Positions 1 through 12,282 are shown, numbered from the stretch's first letter. The stretch: DNA of 64,000 nucleotides from Puccinia triticina (GCA_026914245.1 CP110439.1:2356001-2420000), one strand, 5' to 3'. A program made the numbers and translations. Notes: generated by a model not told the origin, from the sequence alone.

Positions 1-1890
1 TTTGTAATCCGGTTTATAGCGGTTGTTTTGATGCATCTGAAGGGCCGATACTTGTTGAGGTATTTGACCGGCATGGACTTCAGAGCCCCTAACGCAAAAC
101 GCGCTGCCGAGCATTCTATGAGATCATGTTTGAAACTTTCTGCCTGTTCAGGGAGGTGAACCAGACCTGCCCCCATAAAGAACCCTGGGCACAAGAACGG
201 CCGAGATCAGAAGCCCGCGCTCCTGCTCCCGTATTCCCCAGGCCAAGCTGCCAATCCTAAGGAGCTGGCCTAGAGTGTCATCGGCTTTTTTCCTAACCTG
301 TGCGTGTTGCTTCCCGAACGTCAGTTTCTCATTGAGCCAAAGGCCCAGACATTTGACGTCCCGCTGTGGGGCCAATTCCTGGTCATTAAAGAGGAAAGGG
401 GACTTAGCCGCTTTTGAATGTGTGAAGATCACAAATTGTGCCTTCTGGCTATCAAAGATAGCCCCATAGCTCTTGCCCCACAAGAGCGACTCCTCCCCTG
501 TCTGATTCAATTGCACCCTGGCCTCTTCTACGGTCCTTCCCGCCAAGAGGTCAACAACATCATTGATGAAGCCTAAAGACACCTCATCCCTATCAAAGTC
601 AAATTGCCTTAGCAACAGATCAGAGTTGTAGATGATGTACAGGATGACTGATAAGGGTGAGCCCTGCGGGAGCCCCTTATCAACTTCAAACTCAGCTGAT
701 TTGTAATCCGCGAGGCAAAGTCTTGTGTGTCAACCTTCCAGGAAACGGCCTATGATCTTCCACAAATAGGTGGGGCATCCCTTCTGATGGAGGGAATGAA
801 CCAGGCGGCAGGGGTTGACCAACGGGTAGGCCGACTTCCCATCTAAGAACAGAGCCATGACTGTCTTTACCTTCCTTCATTTCCGATTTACCCACATAGT
901 TAGCGCCAGCAGAGCGTTTTTGCACCCTTTACCTTGGCATCCTCCTGAGTGTCTGTCGGGGACAATGTTCTGCGATTCTGCCCAGAAATTAAGTCGGTCA
1001 GCAAGGGTTGACTCAAAGACTTTGCTGATTGTGTTGAGCAGGGCTATTGGCCGGTACGCCCCTGGGTTTGTGTAATCCGGTTTTGCAAACTTCCTGATAA
1101 TGACTGTGGTGGCAATGCACCAGGCAGCGGGAAACTGGTCCTTGCGTATGCATCTGTTGAAAAGGGTAGCAAGAGTGTCAGCCAGCTCTGCCGTGCATAT
1201 GGAGAGGATTTCATTGGGAATGCAATCAGGCCCTGAGGACTTCTTCTTTGCCAGTCTACTTAGCACCTCAGTTACCTCCTCGCAGCAACAGTGGGCCAGC
1301 TACGCTAACCGTAGCGTTAGCGTGGCGTAGTGTAGCGGAATTCCGCTAAATTTTAGCGTAGCGTTAGCGGAATTGCGCCTTCTCTGCGCTAACGCTACGC
1401 GCAAAGGGTGCGCAGCTAATTTAGCTGTTAGCGTAGCGTTAGCGCAGATGCGCGCAATTGCACTAACGCTACACACGCAGGGCGCAAAAGAGCGCGCGCT
1501 ACGGTGCGCCACAGTGCTTTTAGCTGAAAAAAAGGCCTTTTTTTCCGCTAAAAGCGCTGTAGCGCAGCGTAGCATAGCGTAGTGACTGTAGCGGCGCGCT
1601 AACACTAACAAAAAATTGGCGCGCTGTTAGCGCCGCTGAAACGTAGCGCAGCGTAGCGGCGCTAACAGCGCGCTAACGCTAATCAAAATGGGCGGGCGCT
1701 TTTTGCCGCTACGCTAACGCTAAGTGGCCCTGTAGCGTAGTGTAGCGTAGCAGCCCACCGTTGCTTGCAGGTGACAAAGGGGTATACCACAAAAGAAGAG
1801 GCCTCCACCGGGGGAGACATCAAACAAGTCTCAGCCACTCAATACCACTGATGTGCCTGCAAAAAGGAGCTCAGCCTTGTTGGTACATCT
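1..1890 (-). mobile_element. Decayed non-LTR retrotransposon (Tad1/LINE-like) RT region, runs off the window's left edge, interrupted by a MITE at 1286-1763
   Basis: Minus-strand frames give KSSGPDCIPNE, PGAYRPIALLNTISKVFE, GLPQGSPLSVILYIIY, GFIND (from FIDD) and VKCLGLWLNEKLTF, with frameshifts and stops. The frame continues past the MITE as AELLFAGTS...PFVTCEEVTEVLSRL. The right boundary is approximate. Confidence 0.88.
1286..1763. mobile_element. Non-autonomous TIR element (MITE) rich in TAGCG/CGCTA subterminal repeats; CA..TG ends and 7-bp TSD (P-superfamily-like)
   Basis: Ends CAACAGTGGGCCAGCTACGCTA and TAGCGTAGCAGCCCACCGTTG. Flanks CTCGCAG (1279-1285) and CTTGCAG (1764-1770). Removing the element plus one TSD copy restores the LINE reading frame. 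Confidence 0.8.
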
Positions 1891-2589
1891 AGATGACATG
1901 TACAGTGACCTTGACTACGTGGCCTGTCACATACTCTTGTAGATACTATTTAGAGTCATTCCATGTGTATGTAATGAAATCATCAATTCCTTGAGCTCTA
2001 CCTCCAACAGGTTATAAGCCTCTCGCTAGAGCAGGTTGAATTGTTCTAAAAATCTTTATCATACACCCGTAGCTGGCCTTGACAAATATTCTCTTCCGAC
2101 ACCGTTAACCCCAGTAGTCAACCGGCGAGCCAATAACATCTCCACATTCCTCAGTTATCAGAAGCCGGCATTCAGACGAGTAACCTTTGACAAATAATAC
2201 CAAACCATCAAACATAGTAGTCAGCCGGCAAGCTCTTCTCAGACTTACATACTCCTTTCCTTTTCCTGGAAACCCTGAAAGCCGTACACAACCAATCAAC
2301 AAATAGAATTTCTTGCTATAGCTCCACTGAACCTCCAACATAAAGAAACAAAATCAATCAACTAAATATAACAAAAGAAAAAAAACTTTCCTTCTATCTT
2401 CCCAATTATCCGACCAAACTCAACCATCGGGAGAAAAGTTCCAATATAAATCCTAGCCTTTTTCACTATCCCCATGGTTTGATTCTGAAAGTGTTACTCT
2501 CTAAGCAAGCTCGTGGTGAATATCCTGCAGATATTTGTATTGGACTTATCACCCATAGCTGCAACGCCGCTGAAAGATAACATTCTAAG

Positions 2590-2883
2590 TTGAAAATTAG
2601 TGGGAGCATCAACAAGACGGGAAGGCCAAGTCTGCTAGCAACCCAAACAAAATGCACAGCCTCCGGATCAGGCTCCAACTTCTTTGCAACTGCCTTTTAT
2701 GATCAACCCGCACTGATTGAGGGGATTGATTCTGAAATCAGTTGCTACTTGAAGGAGGATCCCAAACCGCAAGGCACTACGATCCTTGCCTATTGGGCTG
2801 GTCGAAACAAGACTTATCCTATCCTGTTGAAAATGGCTTGTAAATACCTGTCGATCCGGGCAACAAGCATGGCTTCCAAGTGT
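2590..2883 (+). pseudogene. hAT transposase C-terminal dimerisation domain, 5' part
   Basis: EISCYLKED...ILAYW...YPILLKMACKYLSIRATSMASK is the typical hATC motif. It is cut at 2883 by a solo LTR. Confidence 0.85.
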
Positions 2884-3805
2884 TGTGGTAGACGGAAAAG
2901 TGAAAAATCAAAAGTTTTTTCTCATACATATATTTACTCACCCTAGGCCTCAAGATACCACCAAATAGACCTCATAAATGGATTCTACGGCCAATTTTAC
3001 CCCTAGTCACCACTGGAAGCGTCACTGGAACCCCGCAGGATTGGATGTTACACCCTCTTGGACCCTCATGGACACGGCCAGCCTCAGTCATTAACCTGTC
3101 ACACCCCTCAAGTCACCTTTCCCAGGTATACGCATACTCAGCCCCAGCCAAACACATACTCTTTTCTATCCCTCTTATCTCCACTGCATATGCAGGGGAC
3201 CAACCCCATTTCTTCTGTATTTGACATGTCCCCACTTCATTTATGCACCCCTTGCAGCTGCATGCAGTCTTCTGACCCCATTTCTGCACTCCTTGCATTA
3301 GTCTGACACCACTCATGCACCCCTTGCATGAAGTACCTCTGTATTTGACATTTCCCCGCTTTGTTTATGCACTCCTTGCATAGTATGACCTCATCTTTCA
3401 TTTCTCACCCCACTTTTTGTCTGTATTTAGTATCTTCTGACACCACTTGTATGCAGCCCACCAGCTAAAATCCCTCATCCAGGGTCCCCCTTGTAGCTAA
3501 AATCACTCACATTTGTCTATATAAGGAGCTCTCTCCCCCAGTTGTTTTTCCCGCAGCTCAGTATTCCCCAGTTATTTACATACCACCCTTCACACTTACC
3601 ATCACCTTCACCCATCACTACAACCCTTATATTTCCAAATAACTACTGAACTCACTCTCAAATCTCACATACCTGTCATTGAACAACTTTATCTGGAACT
3701 AGACCAGACCTATCACTTGATTAAAACTTGCCAAGCTTAGCTTGGTGGTTCTTGTTATCTGATAGTATAGAAGGGCAGAGTTTGCACCTCCATCATCCCC
3801 TTCTC

Positions 3806-4094
3806 TGTTGAGGTGGCTCATCTTGTAGTATGCTTCAATCTTTCATGTCAGGTACATATCACACTCTGTGAAATCTGTTTTCCTCTTCTCTCCGAACACT
3901 ATATAACCTGGAGCAGCAGTGTTGGTCAAAGTCTTTTCCCCATCCTTCCAACACACTCACTCCGCTCGTCTTTGCTGCTCCAGGTCAGTTTCTCCTCTCT
4001 TTCTCATTTGTTTTCTCACTTCATTCCTATGTTGAAATATATCCTTCCAACACACTCACTCCGCTTGTCTTTGCTGCTCCAGTTTGTCGCAACA
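3806..4094 (+). repeat. Copia 5' LTR
   Basis: TGTTG...CAACA, direct repeat of 8724-9012. Confidence 0.96.
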
Positions 4095-4107
4095 GGTTAT
4101 GAGTCCC
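4095..4107 (+). other. Copia primer-binding site complementary to the anticodon arm of initiator tRNA-Met (half-tRNA priming type)
   Basis: GGTTATGAGTCCC immediately follows the LTR and resembles the GGTTATG(A/G)GCCC PBS of Drosophila copia/Ty5-type elements. Confidence 0.7.
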
Positions 4108-4232
4108 AGTTGCACTTAACCAGCGCAACCCTCTGACAAACAAAGCACCAACTTCACGTGTGTTCAAAACCAATAGGATCAACTTTGACCCGCCTTTGTC
4201 TTCAAATCAAAACAGCTCGTCAATTTCACATC

Positions 4233-7200
4233 ATGGCAGATCTTGCTGCCCCCTCGGAACCGACCTCACTTAAAGTCACCGGTATCCCACAACTCCAAGC
4301 TCCGGCACCGAATTCCAACTACCTTAACTGGAAATTCGCCGTCCTTGTTCATCTCACATCCATCAGCCTCGGATATCTTCTTGAGGAAGTGAAACCCGAG
4401 GACTGAACCGCGCCATGGGCTAAGGACAACTCTGACGTCTGTTCCTTCATTGTTTGAACCGTCCATCAAGACAACTTTTGTCTCATCCGCTCCTTCCCCA
4501 CCGACGCAAAGGGAATGTGGGATGCCTTACAAGAGGCTCACCTCGACTCCACTGCAGGAGGCCGCATCTATTGGCTTTGAAAGCTGGTTCTCCTCCGTCT
4601 CACCAATGACGATGTTGATGGCCACATCAAGGAAATGGCTACGTGCGCGGAACGTCTCAACTCACTCATCACTGCTGCCAAACCCCTCACCGTCGACAAT
4701 ATACATGCCGCCGCCCTCCTGGGGTCCCTTCCAAGCGACTGGCTTCACTGTGTGTCATCAATGATGAATGAAGATTCCGTTACTTCGTCACGCATTGTCT
4801 CAGCCCTCAAGGCCAAATCTCTCCGTCGAAAATCCCGCACGGAAGAAGAAGTCTCGGTTTCCTCCTCAAAAGCTAAGATGTCGACCGGTGGCAGAAGCCG
4901 CCTCCCTTTCAACAAATCCCTGTAATGCTCCTTCTGTCGAGTCAAGGGACACAAACTATCCGCATGCAACACCGCGGCTTGTGTTCTTAAAGAGCATCAA
5001 CAGTCACGACGACAGGACAACAAGGCTCATCGTCGCTTGGACTCTGAAAAAGACTCAAACCAACGCGAGGGTTCCAGTCGTCAAGCTCCCAGCCATAACC
5101 GTCAATCATCTCAACCCCCAGCCACGGCGGGTCTCACCACGGTTGTGGAGCTCGGTGGAAGCTCAGCAGACAAATCTGACTACTCCGGCTCCAAATATGC
5201 CGGTAACGTCTTCACCCAATCTGACAAACACATAGCGTCAAAGGTCTCCACCAATTTCAACATTGACTCCAGATGCTCAATGAGCATGACTCCGGATTCC
5301 AATCAGGTCATTCGTATCAAACCATCGTTGGTCCCCATTCGCCTGGCAGATCACTCCGTGGTTCACGCCACACACAAAGGCGATTCCTCTCTTACACTTG
5401 CTGTTTCCAAAACAGTCAAAACCCTTGTCGTTCCAGATCTCCATGAGCCCCTCCTCTCGGTGGCTGCTATGTGCGACTCTTCCCTCCGCATTGTTATTAC
5501 TCCGACGTCGTGTGACATCTACGACGCTAAGGACTTCGAAATCTCCGGTTCTCTCGTCAGCCAAGGATATTGCAAGGGAAACCTATTCTATCTACCGTCT
5601 GCTGAGGTGACGTCCCGGTCTGCTTCTCTGGACAACTCTCACCAGGCTGACAATTCCCTACTTGGTTACCATATCCGGCTATCACATTTAGGTCTTAAAG
5701 CCCTAAAAAGGCTCCTCCATCTCAACGGCGTCAAACCGTCTCTCATGAACAAATTGCAGGTTCAACAATGTCCAATTTGTATCCAGTTGAAAATGCACCG
5801 TTCTCCTTTCTTCTCCCGTTCCTCTTATCAATCCTCTTCCCCAGGCGCCCTCATTCATTCAGATGTAGGCTCTTTCGAGGTTCTGTCTAGAGAAGGCTAC
5901 AAGTATTTTGTTACTTTTATTGACGACTGCTCCAAAGCTGTTTCCATCATGCCTTTGAAATGCAAAAGCGAAGTTTTCCGTTGTTTCAAACTCTTCAAAT
6001 CGTCTTTTGAGAAAGACGGCCGTCACAAAATAATCTCTCTTCGCTCGGACAACGGTGGCGAGTATCTTTCTAAAGCATTTGAAACATTCCTCCTGGATTC
6101 AGGAATTCACCACGAACCCGGGCCTCCTCACTCCCCGGAACTAAACGGCATAGCCGAACGTGCAAACAGGACATTTGGAAACCTTATTCGCTGCGTTCTC
6201 CTTAACGCAAAACTCCCCAAATCATTCTGGGCCAACGCTCTCCGCCACATCCTATTTTCATACAATTCATTTCCTCTCTCCACTCCCTCTGGTTTCCACT
6301 CTCCTAATTCAATCCTTGGAATTGATTCCGTTCCCCTCCAAGACCTCCACCCTTTCGGCTGCCTAGCGTGGTACAAGGTTCCGGAAGCTGACCGGAAGAA
6401 ACTCGATCCCAAAGGCCAAGCATCCCTTTTCCTATCGTACCTCTCGGACGGTAATGGCTACCGCGTTTGGGATCTTCAAAGCAAACGTGTTCTCAAGACA
6501 CGTGACGTACTTTTTCACGACACAGTTTTCCCGTACGATCATCGCGTTGTCGGTCCGCCACCAGAAATCATCGTTGAGCTTCCCTGGCCTTGTTCTCGTT
6601 CCTTGCCATCTTCTTCCCCTGCTCCTGTTTCCTCCACATCTCCCTCCGCCCCTGCCGTCGATTCTTGTCCCTCAATTCTGGATTCCCCTCCCCTTGATAT
6701 TCCACTTCAGAATCGTTTCGACAGAAAGCTGACTGCTTTGATGCATGCCCCTCTCAACCAGCTCCGACATCTGTCGACCATCTCGCTTCCCAGCTCTCCT
6801 GAAACCCTCCCCTCAGAGGGTAAGTCAGCGCCATCTCCAATGTCTCTCCCGTCGCCCTTTATGCGACCATCCTCTCCCCCTTCTCTTCTACCCATCCCAG
6901 TGTCTCCTCCTCCCGCTGAGGCTCCCGCTGACATCATGGATCCGACTCCCGTCGCTCCCGTATCTACTGGTGATTCCCTTCCTCCGTCTGTCCCCTGACC
7001 ACCTTCCCCACCTCAGATTCCTACCCCACCTCCGGCTCGACGCTCAAACAGATCGCGTAAAGCCCCTGATCGCTACGGCCAATGGTCAAAATCCGCCGCC
7101 ATTCCCGAAGTCGACACTCCTAAAACTTGGAAACAACTCCAATGCTCCCCGGACAAAGACCGCTGGCTCAAGGCTGCGGCAGACAAATTTTCCTCCCTCA

Positions 7201-8651
7201 TTGGCATGGACACTTGGCGTCTTGTTCCTCGGCCAGAGAAACAGAAAATAATCAAGTCGAAGTGGGTTTTTAAGGTTAAACGCCAACCCAACAAGACCAT
7301 TCAGAAACTTAAAGCTCGACTTGTTGCGATGGGGTATTCTCAAATCCGCGGTGAAGACTATGATGAAGTTTTTTCCCCCACCTTGTGCATGGAAACTCTG
7401 CGTCTAATCTGCAGTCTTCTCGCCATCAGGAAGTGGACAGGTCGACAGGTCGATTTCAAAACCGCCTTCCTCAATGGTCAACTCAAATCTCCCATCTACA
7501 TGGAACAGCCTGCCGGTTTCGAGGATTCATCTCACCCAGACTATGTCTGCGAGGTTACACGCTCCCTATACGGGCTGAAACAATCACCCCGGCAATGGAA
7601 CCACGAACTGCACGGCGGTCTCCTTGACCTTGGTCTACAACAATCCAAGTATGATCCCACCTTGTACTTTTGGCTCAAACAAAAGGACCTTATCTGCGCT
7701 GTTACAGTCCATGTTGATGACCTTGCTATTGTTGGCGAAAACTCCTATGTGTCTGAACTTATCTCATCTCTCGGCACACGTTTCAAAATTGGCGCAGACA
7801 AGAATCTCCACCATTTTCTCTCCATCAAAATCGCACGGGACATCGAGAATCTTCTTCTATACATGTTGCAAACTCACTACATAGAAGATGTTGTGGACCG
7901 CTTTCTGACATCCCCCTCGATTTCTACTCTGACTCCAACGGACACCTTCTTCAAAGATCTCCGCCGCCGGCAAGCGGACGACGCCCCCTCTCCCGGACCG
8001 TACAACCAAATCATCGGCTCTCTGTTGTGGGTAGCCCAATGAACTCGGCCAGATGTTTTGTTTGCTTTCAACAAGCTTTCAAAATTTCTCAAGAATCCCT
8101 TGGCAGCTCACTGGTTCGCCGCGATCCGCATCCTAAACTACTTGAACACAACCAAAAATCTCCGTCTTCGTCTCGGCGGTACGTTAACATGCAGTGGTTT
8201 CTCAGATGCCGACTGGGAAGAAGATCGCGAAGACAGGCGCTCAACGTTGGCTTACACCTACCGGGTGGGTGACGGGGCAATCTTGTGGAAATCAAGGAAA
8301 CAGGCAACCGTGTCGCTATCAAGCACTGAATCAGAATACAAAGCGCTCTCAGATTCGTGCAAAGAAGGACTGTGGCTGCGTAACATTCTCACAGAACTTC
8401 ATCTCCGTCCTCACGCTGCACTCCCTCTACATGTCGATAACAAAGGGGCGGAAGCACTTGCGAACAATCCGGAACATCACTCACGGACCAAGCACATTGA
8501 CGCCCGTTATCATTTTGTTCGGGAATGTGTCAAAGATCGCAAAATTGGAATCTTTCACGTCTCCACACACGACATGCTTGCCAATATGCTCACAAAGCCG
8601 CTCCCGCGCGTCTTACTCGAAAAACACAGGACCATGTTTGGCATAGTTTAA
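4233..8651 (+). pseudogene. Copia gag-pol polyprotein in a single frame with 6 premature stops
   Basis: ORF pieces starting at 4233, 4635, 5037, 7206 and 8058 are all in one frame. Motifs: zinc knuckle CSFCRVKGHKLSAC, PR IDSRCS, IN HSDVG/RSDNGGEY/ERANRT, RT LYGLKQS/HVDD, RH SDADW/TKHIDARYHFVRE. Stops at 4404, 4455, 4578, 4923, 6996 and 8040. Confidence 0.93.
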
Positions 8652-8723
8652 ATCCTAATACTCTCTCATATCTCTCTCTTTGTTTGTCTTTCCATTCCAT
8701 CTCAGGTTTTCAGCAAGGGGGGG

Positions 8724-9012
8724 TGTTGAGGTGGCTCATCTTGTAGTATGCTTCAATCTTTCATGTCATGTACATATCACACTCTGTGAAATCTGTTTTC
8801 CTCTTCTCTCCAAACACTATATAACCTGGAGCAGCAGTGTTGGTCAAAGTCTTTTCCCCATCCTTACAACACACTCACCCCGCTTGTCTTTGCTGCTCCA
8901 GGTCAGATTCTCCTCTCTTTCTCATTTGTTTTCTCACTTCATTCCTATGTTGAAATATATCCTTCCAACACACTCACTCCGCTCGTCTTTGCTGCTCCAG
9001 TTTGTTGCAACA
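8724..9012 (+). repeat. Copia 3' LTR
   Basis: Direct repeat of 3806-4094, preceded by the PPT. Confidence 0.96.
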
Positions 9013-9058
9013 TTCTCCATTCAGCAAAAGGGTTTCACAATCACCTTTGAGTCTTACA

Positions 9059-9434
9059 GCGTGTATTCTCCAAAGGCCGACGAATTGTCTCCTGGCAGCG
9101 ATCCGCCCTCAAACCAAGGAACATTGAGCACCTGTTGTGTCTCAAGGGATGGTACCAGGCTTTCAATGGCCCCTTGTAAAATCCTTTCATCTTTTATCAG
9201 TGCCTACACCCGTTTCCTTGGGGTTCTTGCTTGTGCTTCTCAACTTGTTTCATTAAAATAAACCTATACATACTACATATGGCCATTGTACTGACAAAAA
9301 CAACACAAAATCCAAAAAAAAAAAGACACCACCCCCAAAGAAATCCTCCTTCCGCAAAATAACACTATATGCCCCAGGGTTCAGGGCATTTTTAAGGCCC
9401 ATCCCAATGCCCCGGGCCCTGGGACATGACCCTA
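9059..9434 (+). mobile_element. 3' remainder of the hAT element: end of the dimerisation domain (stop 9177-9179) and probable right terminus ...CATGACCCTA
   Basis: Joining 2880 to 9060 gives MASKRVFSKGRRIVSWQRSALKPRNIEHLLCLKGWYQAFNGPL*. AATAAA at ~9258, GCCCC/GGGCA subterminal repeats and a CCTA end follow. No left TIR was found. Confidence 0.75.
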
Positions 9435-9751
9435 ACCTCTCTTTTGGGGCACAGCCTCATTGCTTGAGTCCCAAGGAGGTCTTCTGTGTGATTAGTGAAA
9501 CAAGAAAATATTGAAATGGGTAGCGTGAAGACTTTTTTTGATGAAGTCGGGCTCAAGGGGGGAAAACAAATCCCAATCCCTTATGGGGCTTGGGGGTCAC
9601 AGTCATGCTCTGTTACCGGATGTGCAGGTCTGTGCACCTGAGGAGATTGTGAAGCGGGTCTTATAGCCTAGCCCCCGCCCACAACTGAGCTAGGCTAGAG
9701 GCCTCCCCCCGGCCTAGAATTGTGCATTAGTTATGGGTTCAAACTGGGCTT

Positions 9752-10763
9752 CACTTCAACCACCACCAGATATCCTGAGTGGGATATCCAGTAAGAAATA
9801 CAGGATACCTTGTATCCCAAAGCACACTCCTATTACGTAGTGTGCTTTGGCACACTCCTATAACGGAGTGTGCTTTGGAAAAATCCTATAACAGAGCGTG
9901 CTTTGGCACACTCCTATAACGGAGTGTGCTTTGGCACACTCTTATAACGGAGTGTGCTTTGGCACACTCCTATAACGGAGTGTGCTTTGGCACACTCTTA
10001 TAACGGAGTGTGCTTTGGCACACTCCTATAACGGAGTGTGCTTTGGCACACTCTTATAACGGAGTGTGCTTTGGCACACTCCTATAACGGAGTGTGCTTT
10101 GGCACACTCCTATAACGCAGTGTGCTTTGGCACACTCCTATAACGCAGTGTGCTTTGGCACACTCCTATAACGCAGTGTGCTTTGGCACACTCCTATTAC
10201 AGAGTGTGCTTTGGCACACTCCTATTACAGAGTGTGCTTTGGCATACTCCTATTATGGAGTGTGCTTTGGCACACTCCTATAACGCAGTGTGCTTTGGCA
10301 AACTCCTATTACAGAGTGTGCTTTGGCATGCTCTTATTACGGAGTGTGCTTTGGCACACTCTTATTACGGAGTGTGCTTTGGCACACTCCTATCTATTAC
10401 GGAGTGTGCTTTGGCACACTCCTATCTATTACGGAGTGTGCTTTGGCACACTCTTATTACGGAGTGTGCTTTGGCACACTCCTATCTATTACGGAGTGTG
10501 CTTTGGCACACTCCTATCTATTACGGAGTGTGCTTTGGCACACTCCTATCTATTACGGAGTGTGCTTTGGCACACTCCTATCTATTACGGTGTGTGCTTT
10601 GGCACACTCCTATCTATTACGGAGTGTGCTTTGGCACACTCCTATCTATTACAGAGTGTGCTTTGGCACACTCCTATCTATTACGGTGTGTGCTTTGGGA
10701 TAAAGGGTATCCTGGATTTCTTACTGGATATCCCACTCAGGATATCTGGTAGTGGTTGAAGTG
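9752..10763. mobile_element. Non-autonomous TIR element with CACT.. termini (CACTA/EnSpm-like) whose interior is a tandem hairpin array
   Basis: 76-bp TIRs at 9752-9827 and 10688-10763 (~4 mismatches). Flanks CTT/CTA may be a 3-bp TSD with one mismatch. Confidence 0.75.
9838..10698. repeat. Tandem array of ~30 units of GGAGTGTGCTTTGGCACACTCC+TATAAC/TATTAC (28 bp) or +TATCTATTAC (32 bp)
   Basis: Read directly. The overlying ORFs repeat every 28 and 32 aa (3 units each). Confidence 0.95.
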
Positions 10764-11084
10764 CTAGTTGCCTTGAAGGTAAATTTCTAGAACCACTCTC
10801 AGTATTGCAATGAATCTAGCTCAGTGGAAGTACTCAGTACTCTGCTACTACACACAACAGTCAACTGAAGGAGAAAGGAAAGAGAAAGAGAGAGAAATGA
10901 AAGGTGCTCACCTAGAGCCTCAGTCTTCCCAACTGAGCTACACCCACATGGGCCCCACCGGGAATCCAAGTACATAGATTCCACAGTGAGGATTGGCGTA
11001 GATGGGCATGGATTTACCAATCTACAACAAAGTTTGGGCCTACGGAGGCATACATACGGCAATTGGGCATACGGAGACATACGG

Positions 11085-12282
11085 TGTAGGACTTGTGTGG
11101 GACACTAAATATAATTTGGTGAAATATCTGCTGAGGGGGAAATAAATTGCTTAATAGGTTGAAAGTCTATTACAACTTGCGGGTGGTTTGAAAGACCTGC
11201 CCCTCTAATAATAGTAAGCAAATATCTAAGAGTCTTGTAATCAATATTTATAAAGATATGGCTGATTCCAAGATAGATCTTACTTTCATATAGTGATCTC
11301 TATCAGACCTAGATCACTTGATTCAACAGGCTAGCAAATCTGTTATAACTTCTTTGCTTGCAGGCAATATACTTACTTTGTTATACTTGTACTACATGTT
11401 ACTAATATGCTGTTTAACTCGAACTTGTTGTTGTGTTATGCTTGGTTCTACTACTGCCAAAACACTAATACTGCTACTAAACTTTTACGCTACTTGTACT
11501 AACCACTAATACCGCTAATAACCTCACTGCTGACTAAACTACCATATGTGACCCAACCTCTGTAGGCTGATGATAACTAAACTAACTAACCACTTGTGAC
11601 CAAACCTCTGTAGGCTGATGGGGAAAAGTCTGATGAGGGGAGAAAGGGCCTCCTTATATATTGAAGGGTGAGGAATTTTTGCTCCAGGGAAGCTCCTCAT
11701 GAGGGATTATTGCTGCAGGGGATCTCGACTACACAGCCTCTCATGCATGTACTGCGGTGCATGTACAAACAACAAGGGGTTTATGCTGCAGGAGACACTC
11801 AGCTACACAGCATCTGCATGCGTGTGCTGCACTGCCTTACAAACAATGAGGGATTTATGCTGCAGGAGACACTTCCTGTACAGCTTATCTGCCTGCATAT
11901 GCTGTGCTACATGTACAAACAATGAGGGATTCATGCTGCGGGAGACACTTCCTGTACAGCTTATCTACCTGCATATGCTGTACTATGCGTACAAACAATG
12001 AGGGATATATGCTGCATGAGGCGCTTGAGCTACACAGCACTTTCATGCATGTACTGCGCTGCATGATGTCATGTGTTGCTATGCAACCAAGCCACCTTCC
12101 ATCCTCTTCCACACACTCTGCATCCACTGTCTAACCTGTTCCATCCCCAATGTTGGGGGTCAAGGCCTCTCCTCCCATCTTGCTCCTTCTTCCCTTCTTC
12201 CCCCGCACTTTATTACACACTCCCTATACTATAATACTTCTGCAGTGTGCTTTTGGCATTGTCACGCATATAGAAAACCACA
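11085..12282 (-). mobile_element. Solo LTR (1198 bp) of a second family starting TGTGGT, with internal ~75-bp tandem repeats (~11700-12065)
   Basis: Reads TGTGGTTTTC...GTCCTACA on the minus strand. Perfect 4-bp TSD ACGG at 11081-11084 and 12283-12286. TATATAAGGAG on the minus strand at ~11650-11660. Confidence 0.85.

Larger units (their letters stand above)
3806..9012 (+). mobile_element. Full-length Ty1/Copia LTR retrotransposon, inactivated by point mutations
   Basis: 289-bp LTRs at 3806-4094 and 8724-9012 (~8 differences). TSD TTCTC at 3801-3805 and 9013-9017. PBS GGTTATGAG(T)CCC at 4095, PPT AAGGGGGGG at ~8715-8723. Domain order PR-IN-RT-RH. Confidence 0.97.
2884..9058 (+). mobile_element. 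Solo LTR (~960 bp, TGTGGT...TTACA), split by the Copia insertion
   Basis: 2884-3805 plus 9018-9058 matches the reverse complement of 12632-13595. TG..CA ends, TATATAAGG at ~3518, 4-bp TSD GTGT/GCGT. Confidence 0.88.

Noticed and set aside
9838..10698. CRISPR array
   Set aside because: The repeats are palindromic but the linkers are 6-10 bp and nearly constant. There are no unique spacers and no cas genes, the context is eukaryotic, and the array is enclosed by TIRs.
10150..10759. Three overlapping 137-200-aa repeat proteins
   Set aside because: They are translation artefacts of the stop-free 28/32-bp units and are open in all three frames.
9611..11029. Solo LTR (TGTTACC...CAACA) hosting the CACT element
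   Set aside because: The ends and composition are LTR-like, but the flanks (TGCTC and AAGTT) give no TSD and there is no second copy in the window, so it is not called.
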